Origin: an uncultured Candidatus Binatia bacterium
Lineage (GTDB): Bacteria > Desulfobacterota > Binatia > UBA9968 > JAJDTQ01
Reading direction: 5' to 3'
Length of the DNA stretch: 64,000 nt
Assembly: GCA_965213675.1 (NCBI GenBank)
Contig: OZ243916.1
Location: 1,440,001 to 1,504,000 of the forward strand
The notes beneath the pieces are model-generated. The model made no database searches and was not told where the DNA came from. It worked only from the letters and a program-made list of their open reading frames with translations. Shown here piece after piece: positions 1 to 9,266 of this stretch; the first letter of the stretch is position 1; every line of letters starts with the position of its first letter. The position numbers and the translations under genes were made by a program.

Positions 1-1
1 C

Positions 2-700
2 GGTATCGAGACCCAACAGACGGTTCACCAGCGCGTCGGCGAAGCCCATGACCGTTCGCGACGGAATGCCGCGCGCCACGGCCGCAGCGAGGCAGTTGGC
101 CAGCAAGGTGCCGCCGTCCCAGAAGCAGTGCCGGTACGCACGGTCGCGATATTTCCAGCTATTGCGCCAGAAGGTGGAGGTGAGCACCAGCACCACCGGA
201 GCGCGCGCCACCGCGGGCTCGCCGCCGCTCGCCTCCACCAGCACGCCGCGATGATCGCCGGCGCGCAACGGAGTGAGGGCGAAACGGTCGGGGGCGAAAT
301 GGTAGACGCCGGCGTCCAGGTCGGGCGCCGGACCTGTGACCGCATAGACGTCGATGTGGTAGAGCGCGCCCGTGCACGCCGCCGCGCGAAAGAGCATCTC
401 GCCGCCGAAGTAGCGGCGGCGGCGCGTGACACCGGCGCAGAGAAACAATACCTCCGCCAACTCCGCGCGGGTCACGCCGCGCTCCAGTTCCGGGACCGTC
501 CCGGAAATCGCCCGCAACGCCGGCACGCCCGTCGACTGGAGGCGCTGCTCCAGCGGCAGCGATTCCAGGTTCTTGTAGACCTTGAAGGGGTGCGGCTGGT
601 TGTCCCAGTCCAGGTGGTGGGGACCGCTGCGAACGCTCGCGAGCGAGTGCTTGGTGCGTTCGTGGTAATCCCGCGCCGCGGCGATGTCTCGATTGTTCAT
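2..700 (-). CDS. SagB/ThcOx-family dehydrogenase (nitroreductase fold), runs off the window start
   Basis: Manual translation from ATG at 700: MNNRDIAAARDYHERTKHS...LDWDNQPHPFKVY...RAAACTGALYHIDVY...WKYRDRAYRHCFWDGGT. Absent from the ORF track because no stop falls in the window. Confidence 0.85.
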   Translation of the reverse strand, partial: MNNRDIAAARDYHERTKHSLASVRSGPHHLDWDNQPHPFKVYKNLESLPLEQRLQSTGVPALRAISGTVPELERGVTRAELAEVLFLCAGVTRRRRYFGGEMLFRAAACTGALYHIDVYAVTGPAPDLDAGVYHFAPDRFALTPLRAGDHRGVLVEASGGEPAVARAPVVLVLTSTFWRNSWKYRDRAYRHCFWDGGTLLANCLAAAVARGIPSRTVMGFADALVNRLLGLDT

Positions 701-759
701 GGGACCGAAGACCTCGTCCCGCGCCACCTTGAGCACGCGCCGGTCGTTCCGGAGTTCCG

Positions 760-1170
760 TCAGGAGGGATGGGCCAGCGCCTTGCGCCGGGCCTCGGCGG
801 GGTCGCAATCGGAGCCGCGGTCCCGGGTGATGAGAGAACGAAGGCTCTCGGTGTGCTCCAGCCACGCCACGCGTACCGCCTCGGGCACCTGGAACTCTTC
901 CAGCGTCTCCCGCAGGATCTGCAGCCGGCGGGCGAACTGACCACCCATGATGGGATGGGGCGCGTGGGCCTGTTCGAGGGGACGCCCTTCGTACTGGACG
1001 TCGGCGCCGAGGACCCGCGCCGTGAACTGGAATTCCAGCTTCTTGACCCGTTCGCGGTCTGCGTTGCGGAAGAAGAAACCGATCATGAGGTCATCGAAGA
1101 TCCGGTCCACAAAGACGTCGATGACTTCTCGCAGGCGCTCCGAGCCGATCTCGTCAAACAAGGAAGCCGT
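760..1170 (-). CDS. Group 1 truncated haemoglobin
   Basis: SLFDEIG...VDVFVDRIFDDLMIGFFF...YEGRPLEQAHAPHPI...F. Start is uncertain: ACG at 1170 after an AGGAG RBS, or TTG at 1161. Confidence 0.85.
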   Translation of the reverse strand, partial: TASLFDEIGSERLREVIDVFVDRIFDDLMIGFFFRNADRERVKKLEFQFTARVLGADVQYEGRPLEQAHAPHPIMGGQFARRLQILRETLEEFQVPEAVRVAWLEHTESLRSLITRDRGSDCDPAEARRKALAHPS

Positions 1171-1220
1171 GGGTTTCTCTCCTGTGATCCCGAAGACGCG
1201 AGCCCGGCGGCGCCGCCTCC

Positions 1221-1544
1221 CTACTCTTTCGCGGCAGGGTTGAGCAACGCGGCCAGCTCGCCCCGCTCGTGCAGTTCGTGAACGATGTCGCAGCCACCCA
1301 GGAACTGGCCGTCGACGTAGATCTGAGGGATGGTGGGCCACTTCGAGTACTGCTTCACGCCCTCCCGGACCTGCGGGTCGGAGAGTACGTCGAAGCTCTC
1401 GAACTCCGTGTTGTGGGCGCGCAGGATGTCCACCGTGTGGGCGGAGAAGCCGCACTGGGGAAAGTTCGGAGTGCCCTTCATGAACACCATCACCCGGTTG
1501 TTCTTCACTTGCTCTTCGATCCTGCCGAGAACGTCATCCGCCAT
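1221..1544 (-). CDS. grxD: Monothiol glutaredoxin, Grx4 family
   Basis: FMKGTPNFPQCGFS, WPTIPQ and GGCD motifs; GGAGGT RBS. Confidence 0.95.
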   Translation of the reverse strand: MADDVLGRIEEQVKNNRVMVFMKGTPNFPQCGFSAHTVDILRAHNTEFESFDVLSDPQVREGVKQYSKWPTIPQIYVDGQFLGGCDIVHELHERGELAALLNPAAKE

Positions 1545-1836
1545 GGTCATGTACCTCCGTTATGGGTGATCGTGTCGTGTCATGCAGATTCGTACAACCT
1601 GTTTCGACACGCAACACCCTTATGCTGCGTGTCACGAATACGTTTACCAACATGCTTGTCCTGTTCGCGCCGGCTGCGTTGCGTCGTCCCCCGGCTTGAC
1701 CCGGGGTAATCCACGCGTCTTGCGCGCTGGGGCGACCGGCACCCCGACCCACGGCCCTGCGGTCGCGGTGTCCCGGCACAGCCGCCGCAGGTTGCCCCTG
1801 CGGGTCATCGCGCCTTGCCGCCGGGTGAGCGGCGCG

Positions 1837-2145
1837 TCAAAGCTCGACCTCGATATCGGAACCGGAAACGCGCACGTTGAATTTGTCGACGCCCACGTCC
1901 GCCGGCGGACTCGATGCCTCGCCCGTAGTGATGTCGAACATGGCTCCGTGCCACGGGCACTGGATCTCCTTGCCCATGACCTCCCCTTCGGACAACGGCG
2001 CGCCGCGATGGGTGCAGATGTCGTCGATGGCGTAATAGGATCCTTCCAGATTGAACAGCGCCACCCGGCGGCCATTGACCTCCACCAGCTTGGGCTTGCC
2101 GGGCTCCACATCCCCGGTGGTCGCTACCTTGACATACTCAGCCAT
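1837..2145 (-). CDS. Rieske [2Fe-2S] ferredoxin
   Basis: CTHRG...CPWHG Rieske motifs, 102 aa; GAGGGAGG RBS. Confidence 0.92.
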   Translation of the reverse strand: MAEYVKVATTGDVEPGKPKLVEVNGRRVALFNLEGSYYAIDDICTHRGAPLSEGEVMGKEIQCPWHGAMFDITTGEASSPPADVGVDKFNVRVSGSDIEVEL

Positions 2146-2258
2146 GCGATTCCTCCCTCTGGACCCTCCGCCGGGCCGGCGTCGCCCCCTGTAACCGATT
2201 CCGATTGAACTCGAGTTGAACGGACCGCAACGAGCACACGGCCGCAGTGATTCGTGCC

Positions 2259-2759
2259 TCAGCGCGCCTCGGCGGCCGCAGTGCCCTTGACCAGCCAGCG
2301 CTCGCGCATGACCTTGTCCTGAATCCGCAGAAGGCCTTCGGTCAGGGCCTCGGGGCGCGGCGGGCAACCCGGGACATACACGTCCACGGGCACGATCTTG
2401 TCAACGCCCTTGCACACCGAGTAGGCCATCTGGAACAGCCCGCCGCAGTTGGAGCAGCTTCCCATGGAGATCACGTACTTCGGATCGGGCATCTGATCGT
2501 AGAGCAGCCGCGTGCGCTTGGCCATCTTGTAAGTCAGGGTGCCCGCCACGATCATCAGGTCCGACTGGCGCGGCGTGGCCCGGGGCACGCACCCGAACCG
2601 GTCGAGGTCCGCGCGCGGCCCGCCGGTCTGCATGAGCTCGATGGCGCAACAGGCCAGCCCGAACAACATGTACCACTGGGACGACGCCCTGCCCCAGTTC
2701 AACAGATCGTCGACACGAGTGGTGAACACGGTCTCGGGGAGACTGTTGGTAATCGGCAT
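2259..2759 (-). CDS. nuoB: NADH-quinone oxidoreductase subunit B (stand-alone)
   Basis: [24 protein letters not shown] and PGCPPRPE motifs. Confidence 0.93.
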   Translation of the reverse strand: MPITNSLPETVFTTRVDDLLNWGRASSQWYMLFGLACCAIELMQTGGPRADLDRFGCVPRATPRQSDLMIVAGTLTYKMAKRTRLLYDQMPDPKYVISMGSCSNCGGLFQMAYSVCKGVDKIVPVDVYVPGCPPRPEALTEGLLRIQDKVMRERWLVKGTAAAEAR

Positions 2760-3009
2760 CGAATCCTCCTGCAACGCGTCCGGAAAAGGGCCGCTGGATC
2801 GCGACTCCGCAAGAACCAACCAGCATAAAACACCCAAGGACGCCTTTCAAGTCCATGTGGCCTTCAGGCGGTCCCGGATGTCTGTCCCGCAAGGCAGGAT
2901 CGTGCCTCGCCCCCTTCCCGCCTTGCAACACCGTGTCCATGTCGCGGCGCCCCGCTGTGGTTCCGTCGCAATTGCAATCTCCTGCCCACTCCCCTATGAG
3001 AGGACACAT

Positions 3010-3134
3010 GAGGGTCCACACACGAGGGTCCACACACGGTTGCCATGCGGGTTACCGCCGGCATCGTCTCATGGTTCCTCGTATGACAGGACTCGCACGA
3101 CAGGATACTTGAGGGTCCACTCTTGAGGGTCCAC
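3010..3134. repeat. Paired direct repeats with 14-bp period (GAGGGTCCAC x4; GACAGGA x2)
   Basis: GAGGGTCCAC at 3010, 3024, 3111 and 3125; GACAGGA at 3085 and 3099. Confidence 0.75.
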
Positions 3135-3292
3135 TCGTTGTGGCGGAGCGCCGCCGGGTTGCCTTCGCCCTGGACTTGGGCGGGCGTTTCAAGACCCCTG
3201 CGGGACTGCGGGATAGTAGTGAGCCGGAACAAGCGACCTTCCGCCCGGGGCGCGCGAGAAGCGCGTGGAGCCATTTGACCACACCTGACGCC

Positions 3293-3697
3293 ATGTTCCC
3301 CCGACTCCTGCTGCTGTTCACCGTGGTGCCACTGGCGGAACTCTACCTGCTCATCAAGGTGGGCTCGATGATCGGCGGGCTCCACACGATTTTGCTGGTG
3401 CTCGGCACCGGAGTGCTTGGGGCATTCCTTGCCAAGCTGGAGGGGCTGCGTACCCTGGGGCAGATCCAGCGAAATCTGAGCCAGGGGATCGTTCCGGCCG
3501 AGGAAATGGTGGACGGCGTCATCATCCTGGTGGCGGGCCTGCTGCTGATTACCCCGGGCATCCTCACGGATGCGTTCGGCTTCCTCATGCTCATCCCGAA
3601 TACTCGGAACGCGTTCAAGCGCTGGCTGCGGCGGCGTTTCGATCGCGCCACCGCCACCACGCGCATCTACACGCCGGGCGGGCCGCGCCCGTTGTAA
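3293..3697 (+). CDS. fxsA: FxsA family membrane protein
   Basis: VPLAELYLLIKVG...AGLLLITPGILTDAFG. Confidence 0.9.
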   Translation: MFPRLLLLFTVVPLAELYLLIKVGSMIGGLHTILLVLGTGVLGAFLAKLEGLRTLGQIQRNLSQGIVPAEEMVDGVIILVAGLLLITPGILTDAFGFLMLIPNTRNAFKRWLRRRFDRATATTRIYTPGGPRPL

Positions 3698-3770
3698 ACC
3701 CAAACCATTCTCCCCGGAAAGGAATACGATGCGCGCGTTCGATTTTCGCCCTCAAGCGGATTCGTAGGCC

Positions 3771-5150
3771 ATGAGGGCCGACGCCGCCACGCCTGCGCCC
3801 CCACCCTCCGACGCGCGCGACCTGCTGCGCCTCGCCGTCCCGGCATCCCTGGCCATTGCCAGCGAGCCGGTCCTCAACATCGTCGACACGGCCATGATCG
3901 GCCACCTGGGCGTGGAGCCGCTGGCGGCCAAGGCCATCGCCACGAGCCTCATCGGCGCGGTGAGCTGGATTTTCGCGTTCCTGATCTTCGGCACGACGAG
4001 CCTGGTGGCAAGCCAGTACGGCTCGCGCAACTACCCGGCCTGCGGCGAGATCTTCCGCCACGCCTTGGCGCTGGCCGTGGCCGGCGGGACGTTGGCGGCT
4101 TCCCTCTGCTTTCTGTTCGCGCCCCAACTCTACTCGATCATGGGCGCGACGCCCGCGGTCGCCGAACTGGGCATCCCCTACTTCCGCATCCGCTGCGCCG
4201 CCATCCCCATGTTGTTCTCCATCTACGCGGCGGTGGGGTTCCTGCGCGGCGTCCAGAACACGGTCGCCCCGATGCTCGTCGCGTTTGCCATGAGCGCGAC
4301 CCACATCGTGCTGGACTACGCGCTGATCTACGGCGGGTTCGGGTTCCCCGCCCTGGGGCTGCGAGGCGCGGCCGTGGCCGCGGTGGCGGCGCACGGGTTG
4401 GGCATCGCGGCGTACCTCCGGCTGCTGTTGTTTTCGGACTACACCGGACCCTACGAACTCAACAGCTGGAAACTTCGGGTGCGGCGTTTCCGCAACCTCT
4501 CCCGGATCGCCGGGGACCTGGCGGTGCGCACCGCCGGGCTGCGGCTGTCCCTGGTATTCGCCACGGCCATTCTGGCGCGCATGGGGCCAGTGTATCTCGC
4601 GGCCTACGAGATCGTCTTTCAGCTCTTCATCTTCTGCTCCGACACCATCGATGGGCTGGCCGTGGCCGGGCAGACGCTGGTGGCGCGGCACCTGGGGGCC
4701 GGTCATGGCCGCCGGGCGCTACGCCTGGGGCGCATGCTGGTGGGCTGGGGCTGCGCCGGCGGCGCCCTATTCGGCCTGGCCTACTTCGCGCTCCAGGAAC
4801 CGCTCCTGCGCTTCTTCACGGACGCCGCCGCGGTGACGGAGATCGTGCGCACCGAAGCCTTCCTGCTGCTGGTGGTGTTCCAGCCCCTCAACGGGATCGT
4901 GTTCGCGCTGGACGGGTTCCTGCTGGGCGCCCACGACACCCGGTTTCTCATGTGGGCGATGTTGGCGGGGGGCCTGCTCCTGTTCGCGCCTCTCACCGGC
5001 CTCGCCTTCCACCTGGAACTGGGTCTGCTCGGGGTGTGGTCCGGGTTCAGTCTGTTCATGGTCCAGCGCGTGAGCGCGAACCTGTGGCGCCTGTTCAGCC
5101 AGCGCTGGGAAGGAGCCTTCGCCGCCTACCACGCCGGGCACGGCGGTTGA
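3771..5150 (+). CDS. MATE family efflux transporter (DinF-like)
   Basis: LAVPA...EPVLNIVDTAMIGHLG; about 12 hydrophobic segments. Confidence 0.9.
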   Translation: MRADAATPAPPPSDARDLLRLAVPASLAIASEPVLNIVDTAMIGHLGVEPLAAKAIATSLIGAVSWIFAFLIFGTTSLVASQYGSRNYPACGEIFRHALALAVAGGTLAASLCFLFAPQLYSIMGATPAVAELGIPYFRIRCAAIPMLFSIYAAVGFLRGVQNTVAPMLVAFAMSATHIVLDYALIYGGFGFPALGLRGAAVAAVAAHGLGIAAYLRLLLFSDYTGPYELNSWKLRVRRFRNLSRIAGDLAVRTAGLRLSLVFATAILARMGPVYLAAYEIVFQLFIFCSDTIDGLAVAGQTLVARHLGAGHGRRALRLGRMLVGWGCAGGALFGLAYFALQEPLLRFFTDAAAVTEIVRTEAFLLLVVFQPLNGIVFALDGFLLGAHDTRFLMWAMLAGGLLLFAPLTGLAFHLELGLLGVWSGFSLFMVQRVSANLWRLFSQRWEGAFAAYHAGHGG

Positions 5151-5189
5151 GCCTGCTCGGGACGCGAAGCGGCACTGACAATTCCAATG

Positions 5190-5287
5190 GTCATTCCCGC
5201 GGACGCGGGAATCCTGGGATGGCGAGGGGCCATACGGCATGTCTCCCCACCTTGCCCCGCCTGGATTCCCGCTTGCGCGGGAATGAC
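5190..5287. repeat. Inverted pair of REP-like palindromes (GTCATTCCCGCG...GCGGGAATCC)
   Basis: 5190-5214 and reverse copy 5263-5287; third copy at 12626-12650. Confidence 0.8.
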
Positions 5288-5473
5288 CATACGGGGGTTC
5301 TGCGGCTCAGGAGTCTTGACACCGCCTGTTCCCCACGACTGACGACTCGGACCGTGGGCGCTGTTTGTCCTCGCAACGGCGCTCTGGCGCGGGTTGCTTT
5401 TCAATCCGCACCGGGATATGGATCGGCTGGCCTGGAGGGACACGAACGGGGCGTACGCGGTCCCGCGCCCCAG

Positions 5474-5632
5474 GAGCCTGTCGGGATTATCGAATCGTAG
5501 CGAGAGGCAGAGAAATGGAGGCCAGTTTCGGGCGGATTTGAGGAGAATAACGGTAATATTGGACGAAAATCCAACCGGAAGTGGACCCATTTCGCTGCCT
5601 CGCAGCAGATTCTTGATAAACCCGACAGGCTC
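5474..5632. mobile_element. MITE family A (159 bp, TIR GAGCCTGTCGGG.TTATC; IS1182-like ends), copy 1
   Basis: Terminal inverted repeats; CCAG direct repeat on both flanks; near-identical 159-bp copy at 61858-62016. Confidence 0.85.
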
Positions 5633-5669
5633 CCAGGCTTGAACCGCAAACAAGGAGGGACACAGGAGC

Positions 5670-6398
5670 ATGGCGGATGTTGTGATCGTAACCGGAGGGG
5701 CCGGTGGCTTGGGCTCCGAAGTCTGCGCCGCGCTGGCCAAGGACGGGCTTCGGGTCGTGGTCGCCGATTTCAGAAGGGATGACGCGGAGGCCGTGGCGGC
5801 CAAGCTCAAGTCCCAGGGCGGCGAGGCCATGGCGGTGGGCGTGGACGTGGGCGACAAGCAGAGCGTCGACGCCATGGTGCAGAGCGCCCTCGACGCCCAT
5901 GGACAGCTCGACGTGCAGATCAACTTCGCCGGCCTCATGGGGCGCGTTCCCATCGCCGAGATGACGGAAGAGGAGTGGGACCGGGTCATTCGCGTGAACC
6001 TGCGGGGCGTGTTCCTGTGCAGCCAGGCCGCGGGCGCGGCCATGCGCGCGCGGGGGGGCGGACGCATCCTCAATGTGGCGTCCGGACGCGGCATCGCCGG
6101 CGCGCCCAAGTCGGCGCACTACGCGGCCTCCAAGGCGGGCGTCATCGCCTTCACCAAGACCATGGCCGTGGAGGTCGCTTCGGACAACATCCTGGTCAAC
6201 AACATCTGCCCCGGACGCGCCGATACGCCCATGGCCCGGGCGGGCTACACCGACGAGCAGTGGCACGCCATCCAGGCCCTGAATCCGTTGCACGGCGGCT
6301 TGACCCAGAAGGACGAGATCACCGGGCTGGTGCGCTACCTGGTGTCCGATGCGGCGCGGTACATCACGGGGCAGACGTTCCTGTTGAGGACGCCATAG
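5670..6398 (+). CDS. Short-chain dehydrogenase/reductase
   Basis: TGGAGGLG Rossmann motif; YAASK. Confidence 0.92.
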   Translation: MADVVIVTGGAGGLGSEVCAALAKDGLRVVVADFRRDDAEAVAAKLKSQGGEAMAVGVDVGDKQSVDAMVQSALDAHGQLDVQINFAGLMGRVPIAEMTEEEWDRVIRVNLRGVFLCSQAAGAAMRARGGGRILNVASGRGIAGAPKSAHYAASKAGVIAFTKTMAVEVASDNILVNNICPGRADTPMARAGYTDEQWHAIQALNPLHGGLTQKDEITGLVRYLVSDAARYITGQTFLLRTP

Positions 6399-6643
6399 TC
6401 TCGTGTCCCGGAATTTCCAGGAGCCTGCGCCGCCGGCTGCGTGACGTCACCCCGAGTTCGACCCGGGGTCTTCGTCGCGTGGCGCCCGCCGGTCGCCCCT
6501 GCAAGTCATGGCGCGCTGCCGGCATCATGTCATCGCGCCTTGCCGGGGGGCTCGTTGAAGGCGAAGCGTCTTTGCGCCGCTGGTCCTGAGCGTAGCGGCG
6601 CCTCAGCGAAACGAATTCGAGGGACGCTGTTTCAGGAGGTGAC

Positions 6644-7372
6644 ATGTCACAGGTCATCGTGGTAACCGGGGGCGCCGGCGGCATCGGATCGGCCATCTGC
6701 CGGGCGCTGGCGAAGGACGGCCACCGCGTCGTGGCGGCGGATTTCAACGGCGAAGGAGCGCAGGCGCTCGTCGCGGACATCGAAGAGGGTGGCGGCCATG
6801 CGCTGGCCGTGCAGGTGGACGTGGGCGACAAGACCAGCGTGGACAGCATGGTGGCGGCGGCCATCGACAAGTACGGGCACATCGACGTGCAGCTCAACGC
6901 TGCGGGGGTGATCAAGCGTTGCCCCGTGCTGGAGATGCCGGCGGAGGAATGGGAGCGGGTCATCCGCGTCAACCTGACCGGGCTCTTCCTGTGCTCTCAG
7001 GCCGCAGGCAGGCACATGGCCGAGCGCCAATCGGGCCGCATCATCAACGTGGCCTCCGGCCGGGGCGTCACGGGTCAGGCGCTGGGCTCCCACTACGCGG
7101 CCTCCAAGGGCGGGGTCATCACCTTCACCAAGACCCTGGCCATGGAGCTGGCGCCCTACAATGTCACGGCCAACGCCATCGGACCCGGCGCCACCGAGAC
7201 GGACATGGCCCGCGCCGGCATGTCCGAGGAACAGTGGACCCGGAAACAGACCGCGTCTCCGCTCCTTGGAGGCTTCACGCAGAAGGACGAGATCACGGGT
7301 CTGATCCGCTACCTGATTTCGGACGCCGCGCGCTACATATCGGGCCAGCTCTTTCTCTTGCGCGCCGCGTAA
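6644..7372 (+). CDS. Short-chain dehydrogenase/reductase (tandem paralogue)
   Basis: TGGAGGIG; YAASK; same length (242 aa) and collinear with the upstream SDR. Confidence 0.92.
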   Translation: MSQVIVVTGGAGGIGSAICRALAKDGHRVVAADFNGEGAQALVADIEEGGGHALAVQVDVGDKTSVDSMVAAAIDKYGHIDVQLNAAGVIKRCPVLEMPAEEWERVIRVNLTGLFLCSQAAGRHMAERQSGRIINVASGRGVTGQALGSHYAASKGGVITFTKTLAMELAPYNVTANAIGPGATETDMARAGMSEEQWTRKQTASPLLGGFTQKDEITGLIRYLISDAARYISGQLFLLRAA

Positions 7373-7488
7373 CCGCGGAGCGCCGCCGGCCTGTGCGGCG
7401 GAAACCGCCGCGACACTGCCGCGCTCCTGGTGCGCCGTTTCCGGGACGCCACACCGGGAGGCGACAGCATGGAACGGAGACCGGAGGC

Positions 7489-9168
7489 ATGCACACCGAG
7501 AACGCCATGCGGGCCGTGTACGCCATCCTGATGGCGGTCATCGGCTTCGTCATCCTCATCCCCGTGATGGCGCTGGTCTTCGGGAGCTTCTGGTCGGCCT
7601 CGCCCGTGGCCGCGGGGCATGTCACCCTGGCCAACTGGATCCGCGCCCTCACCATCAGCATTCCGGCGAGCATCCCCACGCTGGTCTTCAATTCGCTGGT
7701 TTTCGCCTTCATGACGGCCGCCATTTCGGTGGTGCTGGGCGTCACCATGGCGTTCCTGGTGGAACGCACCGACATGCCCTACGGCCGGGTTTTCGCCAAG
7801 CTCGGCATCGTCCCCCGGGCCTTTCCCGTGATCATCGCGGCACTGGCCTGGATCCTGCTCCTGAGCCCGCGCATCGGTGTGCTCAACGTTCTCTTTCGAG
7901 AGACCTTCGGCGCCAACCTTTTCAACATCTACTCGTTTCCGGGGATGATCTTCATCATGGTGCTCTACGAGTCGCCCATCGTGTTCCTCATCGCCCTGAA
8001 CGCGTTCCGGCTCATGGACCCGTCGCTGGAAGAACAGTCCATCGCCTGCGGCAACACGGTCATGGGAACGCTCCGCCGGGTGACCCTGCCGGTGCTGCGG
8101 CCGCTGCTCCTGTCGTCGTTCCTGCTGGTCTTCGTCATCGGGCTCATCACGCTGGAGGTGCCCATCCTCATCGGCGCGCCCGGCGGCATCTTTGTCTTCA
8201 CGTCCGCCATCTTCAACCTCATCGCGTCGGACTACCAGTCGCTGATCTACTACAACACCGCGGCGGCCCTGGCGATGATGGTGATCCCCCTGAGCCTGGT
8301 GTCGTTGCTCCTCTACCGTCACCTGGTGCGGCGCGCCGAGAGCTTCGTCACGGTCACCGGCAAGGCCCGGCCCGAGAACGTCCACCGCCTGGGCCCGTGG
8401 CGCTACGTCGCCCTGGCGTGTTGCTCGTTCTATTTTACCGTGGTCATCGTCTTGCCCGCGCTGGTGATCCTGCTGCTGTCCTTCTCGCAGTTCGTGGCCT
8501 CCCCGAGCCTGGACCTGCTGACCCACCTCACCCTCCGGCACTGGGAATCCGCCCTGGGGGACACGGTGTTCTGGCGCGCCCTCACCAACACCTTGATCCT
8601 GTGCTTCACCGGCGCCACCGCCACGGTGCTGATCGCACTGGGCATCGGCTATCTGCTGGTGCGCAGCGGCGTCAAGCTCAAGGGACCCATCGAGGCCGCC
8701 GCCATGCTGCCGCTGGCCTTCCCCGGCACGATTCTCGCCGTGGGTTTCGTGTGGGCCTACATCAAGACGCCGGTCTACGGCACCCTGTGGATCCTGCTGC
8801 TCTACTTCATCGGCAACTACCTGCCGTTCGCGCTGCGGACCCTGAGCCCGTTCCTGTTCCAGTTCCACAAGGAATTCGAGGAGGCGTCGTGGACCTCCGG
8901 CGCCAGCGCCCTCGGCACCATCGTGCGCATCGTCATCCCGTTCCTGCGCGGCGGCCTCTTCTCGGTGTGGATCCTGCTCTTCCAGATCTATCTGCGCGAG
9001 TTCGCCGGCGCCATCATCCTGTTCACCTACGGTAACGAGGTGCTCTCCACCCTGCTCTTCCAGCGCGCCTTCGACGAAGGCTCCTTCGGCATCGGCGCGG
9101 TCATCGGCGTACTCATGCTCGCCCTGTCCCTGGGTCTGCACCTGCTGGTGTCGCGGCGGGCGGGGTAG
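7489..9168 (+). CDS. ABC transporter permease, FbpB/ThiP-type with two fused BPD_transp_1 domains
   Basis: Two EAA-like loops (LEEQSIACGN; FEEASWTSGAS); many TM helices. Confidence 0.88.
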   Translation: MHTENAMRAVYAILMAVIGFVILIPVMALVFGSFWSASPVAAGHVTLANWIRALTISIPASIPTLVFNSLVFAFMTAAISVVLGVTMAFLVERTDMPYGRVFAKLGIVPRAFPVIIAALAWILLLSPRIGVLNVLFRETFGANLFNIYSFPGMIFIMVLYESPIVFLIALNAFRLMDPSLEEQSIACGNTVMGTLRRVTLPVLRPLLLSSFLLVFVIGLITLEVPILIGAPGGIFVFTSAIFNLIASDYQSLIYYNTAAALAMMVIPLSLVSLLLYRHLVRRAESFVTVTGKARPENVHRLGPWRYVALACCSFYFTVVIVLPALVILLLSFSQFVASPSLDLLTHLTLRHWESALGDTVFWRALTNTLILCFTGATATVLIALGIGYLLVRSGVKLKGPIEAAAMLPLAFPGTILAVGFVWAYIKTPVYGTLWILLLYFIGNYLPFALRTLSPFLFQFHKEFEEASWTSGASALGTIVRIVIPFLRGGLFSVWILLFQIYLREFAGAIILFTYGNEVLSTLLFQRAFDEGSFGIGAVIGVLMLALSLGLHLLVSRRAG

Positions 9169-9266
9169 AGGGCCTCTTTTGACGAGCCTGTTCGCCATTG
9201 AGCGGCGAGTGCGTATTTTCCGCTTGACTCTGAAAAACCCATGCCTCAACCGGAGCCGCCGCCAGG

